A DNA stretch of 63,667 nucleotides, the filler included, from Octopus bimaculoides (lineage: Eukaryota), in assembly GCF_001194135.2 (NCBI RefSeq). It is 6 parts of 5 records of this genome, joined end to end, with 100 filler letters (N's around TTAATTAATTAA, not from the genome) between each part and the next. Parts side by side here need not be neighbours in the genome. Positions count along the whole stretch, not along the records: positions 44,689 to 59,454 come from NC_069002.1; positions 59,555 to 62,230 come from NW_026296503.1; positions 62,331 to 63,667 come from NW_026342806.1; 3 more parts are not named here. The stretch is one strand, 5' to 3'. Positions 51,226-63,667 of this stretch are shown here, piece by piece. Both the position numbers and the translations under genes were made by a program. The stretch's first letter is position 1, and every line of letters starts with the position of its first letter. The notes under the pieces are model-generated. The model had not been told where the DNA came from, did not search any database, and was given only the letters and a program-made list of their open reading frames with translations.

Positions 51226-52185
51226 CTTTAAATCTGATCGCGATGATGATGATGATGATGATACTGTTAGAAAAGAAATAAACCACTTACATATTTCTTT
51301 AAGCATCTAAAATTATTAAATAATCACAAATGGAAGGTGCTATTTATCACTCGGCAGCCAAAATAGGAAAATAATAGTCACATCAAGATATAAAAATTAA
51401 ATGAGCCAGCTGGGTTTAATAAAATAAATCAAGAGAAACAGCGATTAATGTGACACATTTGTCATAACTGTATGAAGTTTAAGAAAACTAATTCTAGTGT
51501 AATACAGGAAAAAAGCTGCTTATTTTATAATAAATATTCAGCTTATGAATTTCATAGGATAGCTGCCTTCCAAATAGAACTAGCTTTTCTATAAGAAAAA
51601 GAAAAAGAAAATAAAACTAAGAAAGACAGTCTTTAGAGAGTTAGCTGTAGAAATGCTAAGAAATACAATGAAATATTTGGACCTCAGTAAAAACACAGAT
51701 AATCAAGATGTTCTTAGAGAAAATAAAGATAAGCTTGCCTTTCTTCCCTAGAGATTAAAACAAATGAGATTTAGCTAAATGAAGACTATCTACTTTTTAA
51801 ATTATTAATGAGAAACTATTCAAGTAGAGAGTTTGGTCAGGTTTTCTATTTGAATAAATCTTATACTAGTTGCTACTATATACTAAGGAGACAAGGAGTG
51901 GTGATAACTGGAAACAATAAGATACTAAAGCAAACCCTTTAATCCTTGCAGATGTAGCAATTTCCCTACCCATTGCAGTACCAATAACTAGTTGTTAGAA
52001 CTCAAACTTCACAGTATGAAATGGCTTTGAGGAAGCTATAAGATGGCATATTAGCACTCAACTTTGGATGCACATATAGCAAAAACAAATGCTAGCTAAG
52101 GAAGCTGATAATGTTAACTCGCATTTGTCTCACTGAATTATCAAAATATATCTTCTGAGAATCTATCTATCTGTCTGTCTGTCTG

Positions 52186-52234
<49 letters not shown>

Positions 52235-53189
52235 NNNNNNNNNNNNNNNNNNNNNNNNNNNNNNNNNNNNNNNNNNNNNNNNNNNNNNNNNNNNNNNNNN
52301 NNNNNNNNNNNNNNNNNNNNNNNNNNNNNNNNNNNNNNNNNNNNNNNNNNNNNNNNNNNNNNNNNNNNNNNNNNNNNNNNNNNNNNNNNNNNNNNNNNNN
52401 NNNNNNNNNNNNNNNNNNNNNNNNNNNNNNNNNNNNNNNNNNNNNNNNNNNNNNNNNNNNNNNNNNNNNNNNNNNNNNNNNNNNNNNNNNNNNNNNNNNN
52501 NNNNNNNNNNNNNNNNNNNNNNNNNNNNNNNNNNNNNNNNNNNNNNNNNNNNNNNNNNNNNNNNNNNNNNNNNNNNNNNNNNNNNNNNNNNNNNNNNNNN
52601 NNNNNNNNNNNNNNNNNNNNNNNNNNNNNNNNNNNNNNNNNNNNNNNNNNNNNNNNNNNNNNNNNNNNNNNNNNNNNNNNNNNNNNNNNNNNNNNNNNNN
52701 NNNNNNNNNNNNNNNNNNNNNNNNNNNNNNNNNNNNNNNNNNNNNNNNNNNNNNNNNNNNNNNNNNNNNNNNNNNNNNNNNNNNNNNNNNNNNNNNNNNN
52801 NNNNNNNNNNNNNNNNNNNNNNNNNNNNNNNNNNNNNNNNNNNNNNNNNNNNNNNNNNNNNNNNNNNNNNNNNNNNNNNNNNNNNNNNNNNNNNNNNNNN
52901 NNNNNNNNNNNNNNNNNNNNNNNNNNNNNNNNNNNNNNNNNNNNNNNNNNNNNNNNNNNNNNNNNNNNNNNNNNNNNNNNNNNNNNNNNNNNNNNNNNNN
53001 NNNNNNNNNNNNNNNNNNNNNNNNNNNNNNNNNNNNNNNNNNNNNNNNNNNNNNNNNNNNNNNNNNNNNNNNNNNNNNNNNNNNNNNNNNNNNNNNNNNN
53101 NNNNNNNNNNNNNNNNNNNNNNNNNNNNNNNNNNNNNNNNNNNNNNNNNNNNNNNNNNNNNNNNNNNNNNNNNNNNNNNNNNNNNNNNN

Positions 53190-53263
<74 letters not shown>

Positions 53264-54511
53264 AAAAATTTTATAATATCTCTGATTTATTCAAATTTTA
53301 AACCTAAAAATTGCTGATTTTAATGTATGTAATTTAGTATCTCAATACATAAAGCAATTTTAGAAAGAAAAAAAAACAAAAACAGTCTATTGTTTCTTTT
53401 TTTATGTATATAAGTAATGGAACATCCGTTAGAATAATGTTATTGTTAAAGATACAAGAATTTAATGATGAAACAATGCAAAAATCTGTCATTAAGGATC
53501 CATAATGCAAAAAGTAAAAATTCTAGCAAGTTCTAATAACTGCTGCTGAATCATACTTCCTCTCTTTAACACACACCTCTACATACACACACACACATAT
53601 ACATGTACATTTATACATACAAACATATATATACATAATATACATATATATACATATATATATATATATATGCATACTCACTCTTCTAGCTAATTAGTTC
53701 CTATATTTAAAACCAATTTCATTCATATCTGCAGAATGCCATAGCATATATATCTACCAACTCACTGAGCCCAAACAGAGAAATGCCATAAAGGCGTGTG
53801 TGCATTTAAGAGGAGGGGGTAGGTTCTAAATAGCACAACAATAGAAGATTAAAGGGAAATAGAAATGAACGAAAGGCCATAGGGGAGTATGAGATGTAAG
53901 TACATCTTGGTTGATATTTAATAGGAAACTGGAGAAGAATTGAAGGTAATTATTTCAGGATTTCTGGGGACTCAGCATCATATCAAATGACCAAGTTTCA
54001 ATTAAAAATATTCAACTATTTGCATTTTAAGTTTACAAAAAAAAAAAAAAAATGGATTTGGAAAAATATAAACAAAAAAACTGTGATTCTATATTAATTG
54101 AAATCATACAGTGAAGTTAATGAGTGTAGATAATTTACTATGCCACAGAGAAAAGAAAAAATCTGATGTTCTTGAACTGTCTCTTTGTCTGAGAGAGAGA
54201 GAGAAACCATTTCCAATAACAACAATGAAAATCTTCCATTCCTTCCTTTCTTTCTTTTTCTGACTCTTAGACAAAGGGATAGTCTGAAATACGAGATTAT
54301 ACTTCTCCCAATAGCAGAAAAATTTATTCACAAACATAACTATTTGTCTTGTGACATGTATATTGTTACTACTGACTATTAAACACTATGTATTATTTCT
54401 ATTTTATTTATTCTATTATTCTATTTTGCTTATGAATCAAAATTATTCCGAAGCAAGAATTCTTGCCTCAAATAATTATGAACCTCGGGTTTCCCTTGAC
54501 ATTCACCCTGT

Positions 54512-54810
54512 TCCATCCATCCATCCATCCATTTCTTCTGTCAACTATTCAGGGCTCCTATCAGAAGCAACCATTATTACACTTCTGGCTGGATTTCCAG
54601 GCATGACCAACTAAAACCATGGATATTATCCAACCATCTTGTTCTTGGTCTACCCCTAGGTTTCCTGCCATTTGACTCAGCTTGAAGAATCCATCTTGCA
54701 ATTGTTTCCTGTGATATTCTAATCACATGTCTGTAATACAGGAGCTGTGACTTCTCATTACAAAGAAGTGGTGGCTTGACTCCAAGTAGAAGGTGAACTT
54801 GTATCAACTA
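54512..54810 (-). mobile_element. RTE-clade (Rex3-like) LINE 3' end with (GATG)n tail
   Basis: EKSQLLYYRHVIRISQETIARWILQAESNGRKPRGRPRTRWLDNI; ends gaagaaatggatggatggatgg. Confidence 0.85.
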
Positions 54811-55003
54811 TTGAAGAACCAGTTGCAACTCTAAGACAAATTCACAATGAACTATTCACCAGGATGGTAAAATAGAGGTGAATATTTTCAATACAGATTG
54901 ATAGCAACATATATGTGTTTGTGAGAATGCACATTAATCATAATCACTTTAACACCTATTTTTCCATGCTTGCATATATATATATATATATACACATATA
55001 TAC

Positions 55004-55268
55004 ATATAAATATATAGTTTTAGGGAAAAGAACCAAGGTTCATGAACTCATCATTGAAAATCCAGTCACATATCAAAAAAATAATTAGTAAAAGCACAGT
55101 AAATAAGTATAATATAATACAAAGTAAATATCACAAGATAATGTTATTTACTTTGTATTAATACTTATTTATTGTGCTTTTACTTATTAATTTTCTATAT
55201 GTGACTGGATTTTCAACGATGAGTTCATGAACCTTGGTTCTTTTCTCTAAAACTATATATTTATATAT
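55004..55268. repeat. foldback palindrome, ~125-bp arms with a 14-nt loop
   Basis: tagttttagggaaaagaaccaaggttcatgaactcatcattgaaaatccagtcacata pairs with tatgtgactggattttcaacgatgagttcatgaaccttggttcttttctctaaaacta; loop tcacaagataatgt (55131-55144). Confidence 0.95.
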
Positions 55269-56560
55269 ATTTTATACTGTGAAACTTAATTTAATTTTAA
55301 TTTTTAATAAATTGAATTTTTACCTGTAAATTTGGATTTTTATCCCTAATATTATTTGTCATATATACATACATATATATATATATACATATACACATAC
55401 ATATATATATATGTACACACACGCACATCCATACACACATATACACACACAGACACAAAAGGCTAAAAAAAAGCAAAAAATAACTTTTGGAAACTTGATC
55501 AACAAGATATGAATTTATGTAATAATTTCAAGGGTTTTGAAGGGCTCAGTGAGTGTGCAGTGTGCAATTGTACAATAAAGAGGCAACAGTCTATATCAGA
55601 CTCAGTTACAGTGAATTTACAGTGCAATGGTACACGAGAGCACTGCATCTACAGAGTGCAGAAGTATAAATACCTTCACCACCTGCATGAAGAATAGAAA
55701 GCGGAAAAAGTACTTTGGCAGAGTACACCTCAGACAATACAGAACTTAATATGCAAGATTTTTTTTACATTTGAAAATTAATTACAAGCCCGCCACTTAA
55801 TTCATTCAGTTATTCATTTATTTATTTATTTATTTATTTAAATTCTCTCTTTTTTTTTTTGGTTATTTTATTTGAAATTCTTTAAAGTTGTTCTTAGTAT
55901 TCAGAACAGCTGAAGGTGGTGGTGGTGGTGGTGGTGGTGGAGGTGTTCGTGAATAAGCTTGTGATAAATATCATGATGAGCATAAATGTGAACAGAGGCT
56001 GCTTTGCTGAAGAAACTTATTTAGAAAAAAAAAAAATACAAATATTGNNNNNNNNNNNNNNNNNNNNNNNNNNNNNNNNNNNNNNNNNNNNNNNNNNNNN
56101 NNNNNNNNNNNNNNNNNNNNNNNNNNNNNNNNNNNNNNNNNNNNNNNNNNNNNNNNNNNNNNNNNNNNNNNNNNNNNNNNNNNNNNNNNNNNNNNNNNNN
56201 NNNNNNNNNNNNNNNNNNNNNNNNNNNNNNNNNNNNNNNNNNNNNNNNNNNNNNNNNNNNNATTATTTTTTTTTTAAATAGTGCTGGCAAAGAAACAATT
56301 TACGGCAAGAAAAATAAAAGTAAATCTGTACTATCATGCAATTGAAATTCTTCACAGAACTAAAAAGCATTTTTGCAGTTCATTTACCCCTATGCAGAAA
56401 ATGGTGTTAAATTTCTAAATAGTAAAAACAAAGTAATAATAATCATAATAAAAATCTGAAAATTTAATTAAAGTATATAAAATTTGGATTAATTTTTCTT
56501 AAAAAAAAAAAGAGATTAAATTTTATCATAGAAGCATTTCTAAATGTTTTGAAAGAATTC

Positions 56561-56592
<32 letters not shown>

Positions 56593-59352
56593 CATAGACC
56601 AAACTGCAAGATAAGAATTGCAGCTTATTTTCATAATTGCAGTTTTAACAATTTAAAAGAGTTGTATTATTTTGGAAAAAGAAACATAAGAAAAGAAGAA
56701 AAAAATTGCTAGGAAAGTCCAAAAGTTGTTCCTGCTTGATAGAAATTAAATAAGAAATTAAACATGGACTTTGATTAATATATTAAAAATGTTATTCTAA
56801 TTAGGATAAAAATTCAGTATTACAAATAAAGAATGTTTTGGGTTAATTTTGGTTCATAATTATCTGAACAGATTTCTTCCTATAATTATCAAAATCAAAT
56901 AAATCCTCATTGTGGTTATATAACATGTGACGGTGATGAATGCTTAACAAATAAAAAAAAAAACAACAAAATAAAAATTAAAAAAAAACATTCAAACAAC
57001 AACTACAAAACACAGTTTTACGGATAAATGTCGACATAGACACAAGATTTCAAAACTGCTCAATGTAATTTTTCTCAAAAGCATAACCACAAATAATTAG
57101 TATTCTGATAACGAATTTCGAGAAATTTGTTAACGAGATTGCCTAAATGAAAATTTGTGAATTTGTGAATATGAATGAAATTGCGATAAATACAACTTTT
57201 AATTTTTCTTTGATCCAAAAAAAAAAAAAAAAAAAAAAAANNNNNNNNNNNNNNNNNNNNNNNNNNNNNNNNNNNNNNNNNNNNNNNNNNNNNNNNNNNN
57301 NNNNNNNNNNNNNNNNNNNNNNNNNNNNNNNNNNNNNNNNNNNNNNNNNNNNNNNNNNNNNNNNNNNNNNNNNNNNNNNNNNNNNNNNNNNNNNNNNNNN
57401 NNNNNNNNNNNNNNNNNNNNNNNNNNNNNNNNNNNNNNNNNNNNNNNNNNNNNNNNNNNNNNNNNNNNNNNNNNNNNNNNNNNNNNNNNNNNNNNNNNNN
57501 NNNNNNNNNNNNNNNNNNNNNNNNNNNNNNNNNNNNNNNNNNNNNNNNNNNNNNNNNNNNNNNNNNNNNNNNNNNNNNNNNNNNNNNNNNNNNNNNNNNN
57601 NNNNNNNNNNNNNNNNNNNNNNNNNNNNNNNNNNNNNNNNNNNNNNNNNNNNNNNNNNNNNNNNNNNNNNNNNNNNNNNNNNNNNNNNNNNNNNNNNNNN
57701 NNNNNNNNNNNNNNNNNNNNNNNNNNNNNNNNNNNNNNNNNNNNNNNNNNNNNNNNNNNNNNNNNNNNNNNNNNNNNNNNNNNNNNNNNNNNNNNNNNNN
57801 NNNNNNNNNNNNNNNNNNNNNNNNNNNNNNNNNNNNNNNNNNNNNNNNNNNNNNNNNNNNNNNNNNNNNNNNNNNNNNNNNNNNNNNNNNNNNNNNNNNN
57901 NNNNNNNNNNNNNNNNNNNNNNNNNNNNNNNNNNNNNNNNNNNNNNNNNNNNNNNNNNNNNNNNNNNNNNNNNNNNNNNNNNNNNNNNNNNNNNNNNNNN
58001 NNNNNNNNNNNNNNNNNNNNNNNNNNNNNNNNNNNNNNNNNNNNNNNNNNNNNNNATATATATATATATATATATAAATAATGATGGATAAATAGATATA
58101 TGCATGTGTGTATATTTACAAAACACTTGTAGTAAAAACAAAAATTCAAAATAGTTTTAGAAGAAACTTAATTGATGATGTTTTTGCATTCAACGCAAAA
58201 CATAAATAAATAAATATGTTCAACAATTTGGTGTATACCATACATTTAGAAAGAACATAAATGAAAATAACCAAAGATATCAAATGAAATCAGGACTTTA
58301 AAAATATTTCAGATAAATTTCTAGGTGTTTGTGTGCTTTGTACCTATATATATTTGTGTTAGTATTTCAATCTATAGTTGGAAACTATTGGTCCTAATAG
58401 TTGTTAACAAATTTAACCCCTTAGCATTTAAACTGGCCATATCTGACCCAAATATTATACTTGTGTGCTTAAACCAGCCAGATCTGGCCTCTCACACCTA
58501 CCTTTCAATGCCATTCTAAAAATAAACAATCACCGCATTAAAATCTTGAAGCCTGATTAATTTAAAACAATAAATAAATAAATAAGCATTACATTTGTCA
58601 GAGTAACCTGAATGCTAAACGGTTAATGTTTGTTACTGAAGGCAATCACTATTTTTCTTTAAAATGTTGGGATTTAATAAACTATTTTGATTTTTAGTAC
58701 AAAATATTTTTCATTTGTTCCTACTGTGCAAATTTGGCAGAAGAAATACTACATAGTGACTTAGTGGTGCTGTTTGCTTTTATTTATTTTTTTTCTTTTG
58801 GTTTTCTGTATTTTTTTGTAAGAAACCTTTTCCTAATTTAAGAAAAAAATTGTTTTCGTCATGAGCTTGTATATAAGTTTCTACTCCTACGAGTTATTAT
58901 ATACACACACCTATTAATAGATCACAATAATGTATAGAATCCTTAAAAAGCATTAATGCCAAGTTATTTAGTTGAAGCTCTTATCTCAATATAAATTATC
59001 AATCAACATGAAAAAAAAAAAAAAAATGAAAGCACTTTATTATAGAATAAGATTTTTTAAATCCAAAATTTTCTTAATTATCACATTGCACTTATAATAG
59101 CCAATTAAAATACTAAAGCTATAAACAGTTCTAAAAACAAAGTACATGTACCATTCATCATTCTAATAATACCGTTGAGATGATAGTGTCAAGTTTGCTC
59201 ATAATGTCAATGGAAAAAAGCAAAGAAACCTATATACAAGCTCTTCATAACAACAACAGATACTCAGAAAATATAAAAATAATAGATAGTTAACAGTGTA
59301 ATGTTTTTAATAAAATATATACATATATAAGTTTAAGGTATTTTCATGTGTA

Positions 59353-59454
<102 letters not shown>

Positions 59455-62400
59455 NNNNNNNNNNNNNNNNNNNNNNNNNNNNNNNNNNNNNNNNNNNNTT
59501 AATTAATTAANNNNNNNNNNNNNNNNNNNNNNNNNNNNNNNNNNNNNNNNNNNNGAATAAAAGCAGAATGAGATAATGAGCAGAAAGAAGGATATTTAAG
59601 AATCGCATGACCAAACTTTTGCATTTGTTAAATTAATATTGCATACTTCATTTTGGATTCAATAGATTTCCTCAGAATTAATAGTAATATTGAAGAATTT
59701 CATAAAATACACAAGTAGAAGGCAACTACTAATAGATATAACTTGTACAAACTACTGCAGTGAAATATTCTGTAAATCTTATCTAGGAGCCTTGGAAAGT
59801 GTAAGTCGATAGCATTAAAGAATATAAATATAAGGTTCTTGAGATTTACTATTTTAGAAATGGATTTGCGGAAAAGTTAGAATGTTGAATAAGATGTTTG
59901 CCGTATTTTGTTACAAATTATTATGCACTGTGCTAAAGTTGCTTTAAGATTAACCTTATTTTATCAACATAAAAAGTAAGATTAAATACAAACCAAATAA
60001 TTGGGTTGACTTACTGCAAATTAAAATCTAAAAACAGAAACTGAAAACTAACAGAAACTAATGAATAAANNNNNNNNNNNNNNNNNNNNNNTATAAGATG
60101 AAATATTGTTATATTATTGATATTTTCTAGTTATGTATTCCCTACTGAAAATGTATTGCCTGTTTTGAGAAAATAATGCTTTGTTATGTTCTTGAAATTA
60201 TGCTATTAGACGNNNNNNNNNNNNNNNNNNNNNNNNNNNNNNNNNNNNNNNNNNNNNNNNNNNNNNNNNNNNNNNNNNNNNNNNNNNNNNNNNNNNNNNN
60301 NNNNNNNNNNNNNNNNNNNNNNNNNNNNNNNNNNNNNNNNNNNNNNNNNNNNNNNNNNNNNNNNNNNNNNNNNNNNNNNNNNNNNNNNNNNNNNNNNNNN
60401 NNNNNNNNNNNNNNNNNNNNNNNNNNNNNNNNNNNNNNNNNNNNNNNNNNNNNNNNNNNNNNNNNNNNNNNNNNGATTTCTCCTATTCCATGTATGGTCA
60501 CTTTGATAACGACACAGATCTAAAGAACATTGAGTTTGTATATAAATATACTTTGCAATCAACATTTCTTTATATATATATTCTTTCATGCATATAATTA
60601 TCCTACATCTGTGTAGGTTTGCTTGATACTTTGAATTTCTAATGAACGACTTGATAATTTATTGATAATGAAGAATTTAATTAAATTCAGATGCTTCTTT
60701 CATTAACATTCTCNNNNNNNNNNATTCAGATGCTTCTTTCATTAACATTCTCATTCTTCATTATGGATCAGTCATGAGAATGAATTTTGGAAGGAAAATA
60801 TATGTGAATAAATTTTAATAGAACTTTTTATATATTCAATATCTAGACCTATATATTTTAAAGTCTTGCAAATGTACAATAATCATTAATTTGAAATTAA
60901 ATCATAGCCCTGTACATTTGGAAACTGGTGAAATGAAAGCTTCCTTTCTTGAAAAGCAATGCATGGTTGAGCAACAGAAAGAGCCTCTATGATTCATGCT
61001 AACAGAAGAAAAATGAACGTAAAAGGAATGAACACACTAAATTAAATATATGTATTANNNNNNNNNNNNNNNNNNNNNNNNNNNNNNNNNNNNNNNNNNN
61101 NNNNNNNNNNNNNNNNNNNNNNNNNNNNNNNNNNNNNNNNNNNNNNNNNNNNNNNNNNNNNNNNNNNNNNNNNNNNNNNNNNNNNNNNNNNNNNNNNNNN
61201 NNNNNNNNNNNNNNNNNNNNNNNNNNNNNNNNNNNNNNNNNNNNNNNNNNNNNNNNNNNNNNNNNNNNNNNNNNNNNNNNNNNNNNNNNNNNNNNNNNNN
61301 NNNNNNNNNNNNNNNNNNNNNNNNNNNNNNNNNNNNNNNNNNNNNNNNNNNNNNNNNNNNNNNNNNNNNNNNNNNNNNNNNNNNNNNNNNNNNNNNNNNN
61401 NNNNNNNNNNNNNNNNNNNNNNNNNNNNNNNNNNNNNNNNNNNNNNNNNNNNNNNNNNNNNNNNNNNNNNNNNNNNNNNNNNNNNNNNNNNNNNNNNNNN
61501 NNNNNNNNNNNNNNNNNNNNNNNNNNNNNNNNNNNNNNNNNNNNNNNNNNNNNNNNNNNNNNNNNNNNNNNNNNNNNNNNNNNNNNNNNNNNNNNNNNNN
61601 NNNNNNNNNNNNNNNNNNNNNNNNNNNNNNNNNNNNNNNNNNNNNNAGAAGCTTACAATAGTAAGCAAGAATCATATATTAGGTAATTTAGTTAGCCTAG
61701 TAAACTGAAGATATGAATGATAACAAGCAGAGGAAATAATTCAATATGTATAACAGCAGTCAAGTACAGATTACAAAATTAGCAATTGCTTAAAATATTG
61801 TGTATATAATATTCCTCCAACCATAATGATTGTACTTGTCAATAAATATTTGTTACTTCTCAATTTCCTTTGCAGCATTNNNNNNNNNNATGATGTTTCT
61901 CTAGGAATACCCAAATTGAAAAGAATGCGAAAATACGTTTGGAAAAGACAGATGAACAATAAGGAGGACGATTTAAATGTAAAGAGTGAGAGTGGTCATC
62001 ATCTTTTAACATCAGTTCTCCATGCTGACATGGGATGGACATTATTACAGGAATTNNNNNNNNNNAACTAGCTTGAGAGCTGTCCATACTCCATCTCGCT
62101 ATATTCCCATAGTTTCTATGATTGAATGCCCTTCCTAATACTAACCACTTAATGTAGTGAGTGCTTTTACATGGCCCCAACATGGGCACTTTCATGTGGA
62201 ACCTCTATGGGCAATTTTACATGACACCTGNNNNNNNNNNNNNNNNNNNNNNNNNNNNNNNNNNNNNNNNNNNNTTAATTAATTAANNNNNNNNNNNNNN
62301 NNNNNNNNNNNNNNNNNNNNNNNNNNNNNNCTCTCTCTCTCTCTCTCTCTCTCTCTCTTCACTACATTCACAAACAAACAGACGAGCAATTAACTAATCG

Positions 62401-62659
62401 ATGCAAATTCGATAAAGCGGACGCAAAGAGACACCATATAGATCAATGTCCCAAGTGGATCTGTGAAGCTAATGCCGAGATGTTAAGCTTCGGTAAAGAA
62501 AAAGACAACGCCTATAGTTTCTGTGGTCGATAGTAATTGTTTTGCCCCAATGGCTTCAACAGCTGAAACGGGTAGTTAAAATACACGTTCAACGTCTCTA
62601 AAACGTAACGTACTTAACAATAGAAACATGTGTGAGTGTGTATGTATCTCTGTATACAA

Positions 62660-62697
<38 letters not shown>

Positions 62698-63529
62698 TTA
62701 TATATATATAAACATATACATTCACACACACACACACACACACACATATACATATCTAGGCGCAATTGTTTCTTTTCCACAGAGGCAAAAGGGTGCCTAA
62801 CCGAGAACTCTACTCATTTAATTTTGTCAAATAAAACTGGTTTGGTTGGGGGTGTTTTCGGTACTTCTGTGATGTTCATAGAACGGGCATTACGGTTCTT
62901 CTAAAAAAATTTCTCTTTTCAAAGTTTCATTGTTTTTATATATTGCCCTTCTATCCTCTCTGCCTCATCATGACCACAAACACTACCACCACCATCACCA
63001 GCAACAACTTCCGTAATCTTTTCTATTCTTATGAGATACGAGAGTGCCTAATCGGAAGCGCTGCTCATTTAATTTCATTAAACAAAGCTAAGTCGGCCAT
63101 AATGGATGAAAGACAGAATTGAGAGATTCAAAAAATTTCGACATTAAATTAAGACGGAAGTAGTTAATAACGAAACGAGAAACGCTGCAATAAAAGCAAT
63201 ATTTACATACATCGTTGTTTCACATTTACGATGAATGTTCATGAGTGAAAATAATAAGATGAGACATTACATATGAGCAAAATTAAAAATGTCTAAAAAA
63301 GCTATTGTTCACGAGAATAATTAACATGTCTGCGTTAGACTTTGTGTGCGAGTGTAATTAATGTCTATAGAAGAGATGTTAGTGTTACATTCATGAGGAT
63401 ATCTGATGTCTGTGCAACACATTGTTCATGAAAATAATTAATGACAGAGTCAATAAAAAGATTGTATTCGTCTTGTTAGCATTATCATGGAAACTTGTAA
63501 GGTAGGAAACTGATGGAGAAAAATACTTT

Positions 63530-63667
63530 TTGGTATTTCGTCCGTCGTTACGTTCTGAGGTCAACTTTGCCTTTCGCTGTTTTTCGCGTCGATAAAATAA
63601 GTAGCAGTTGAACACTGGAGTCAATGTAATCGACTCATGTCCACCCCCAAAATAATAATAATAATAA
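63530..63667 (+). mobile_element. SINE family B, partial, with (AAT)-rich end at the window edge
   Basis: ggtatttcgtccgtcgttacgttctgaggtcaactttgccttt...gtcgataaaataagtagcagttgaacactggagtcaatgtaatcgact. Confidence 0.8.

Noticed and set aside
55200-55245. gatgagttcatgaac as a hammerhead core in the 55-kb hairpin
   Set aside because: C3 and GAAA are not conserved and there is no valid stem II or NUH.
55890-56030. Strong minus-strand acceptor (ttttctaaataagtttcttcag) with a downstream His/Thr-repeat frame
   Set aside because: All three frames close quickly and nothing is recognisable; could be a terminal or non-coding exon but cannot be supported.
59761-59806. Possible 40-nt or 14-nt plus-strand exon ending at gtaagt (EIFCKSYLGALES)
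   Set aside because: Such sites occur by chance in AT-rich DNA; no homology recognised.
60686-60752. Direct repeat attcagatgcttctttcattaacattctc on both sides of a 10-N gap
   Set aside because: Typical unmerged contig overlap.

Overview
AT-rich, repeat-dense animal genomic DNA with about 8 kb (~12%) of N gaps. Five gaps are 100-bp placeholders built as 44N + TTAATTAATTAA + 44N. The SINE families and microsatellite load match what I recall of octopus (coleoid cephalopod) genomes; this is recognition, not a database result. I found no host protein-coding exon I can support, and nearly all ORF-track entries are microsatellite or N artefacts. The window holds three tRNA-derived SINE families (called A, B and C here), several decayed Tc1/mariner elements, fragments of RTE, L1/Tx1 and R4/Dong LINEs, and Penelope-like elements (PLEs). 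Main points of interest: (1) a near-canonical minimal type I hammerhead ribozyme next to a PLE reverse transcriptase (17660-17704, minus strand); (2) long foldback palindromes, one clearly built from that PLE terminal repeat plus a decayed hammerhead (43523-43882), one with a weaker hammerhead-like motif (3139-3549), and one unassigned (55004-55268); (3) four R4/Dong-type 3' ends in (TAA)n tracts, one directly in a SINE tail (33.1-35.0 kb); (4) a mariner made of two convergent 5' ends (424-1241); (5) a CpG-poor domain at about 47-62 kb suggesting a methylated gene body with no identified exons. Coordinates were read by eye and repeat boundaries are approximate.
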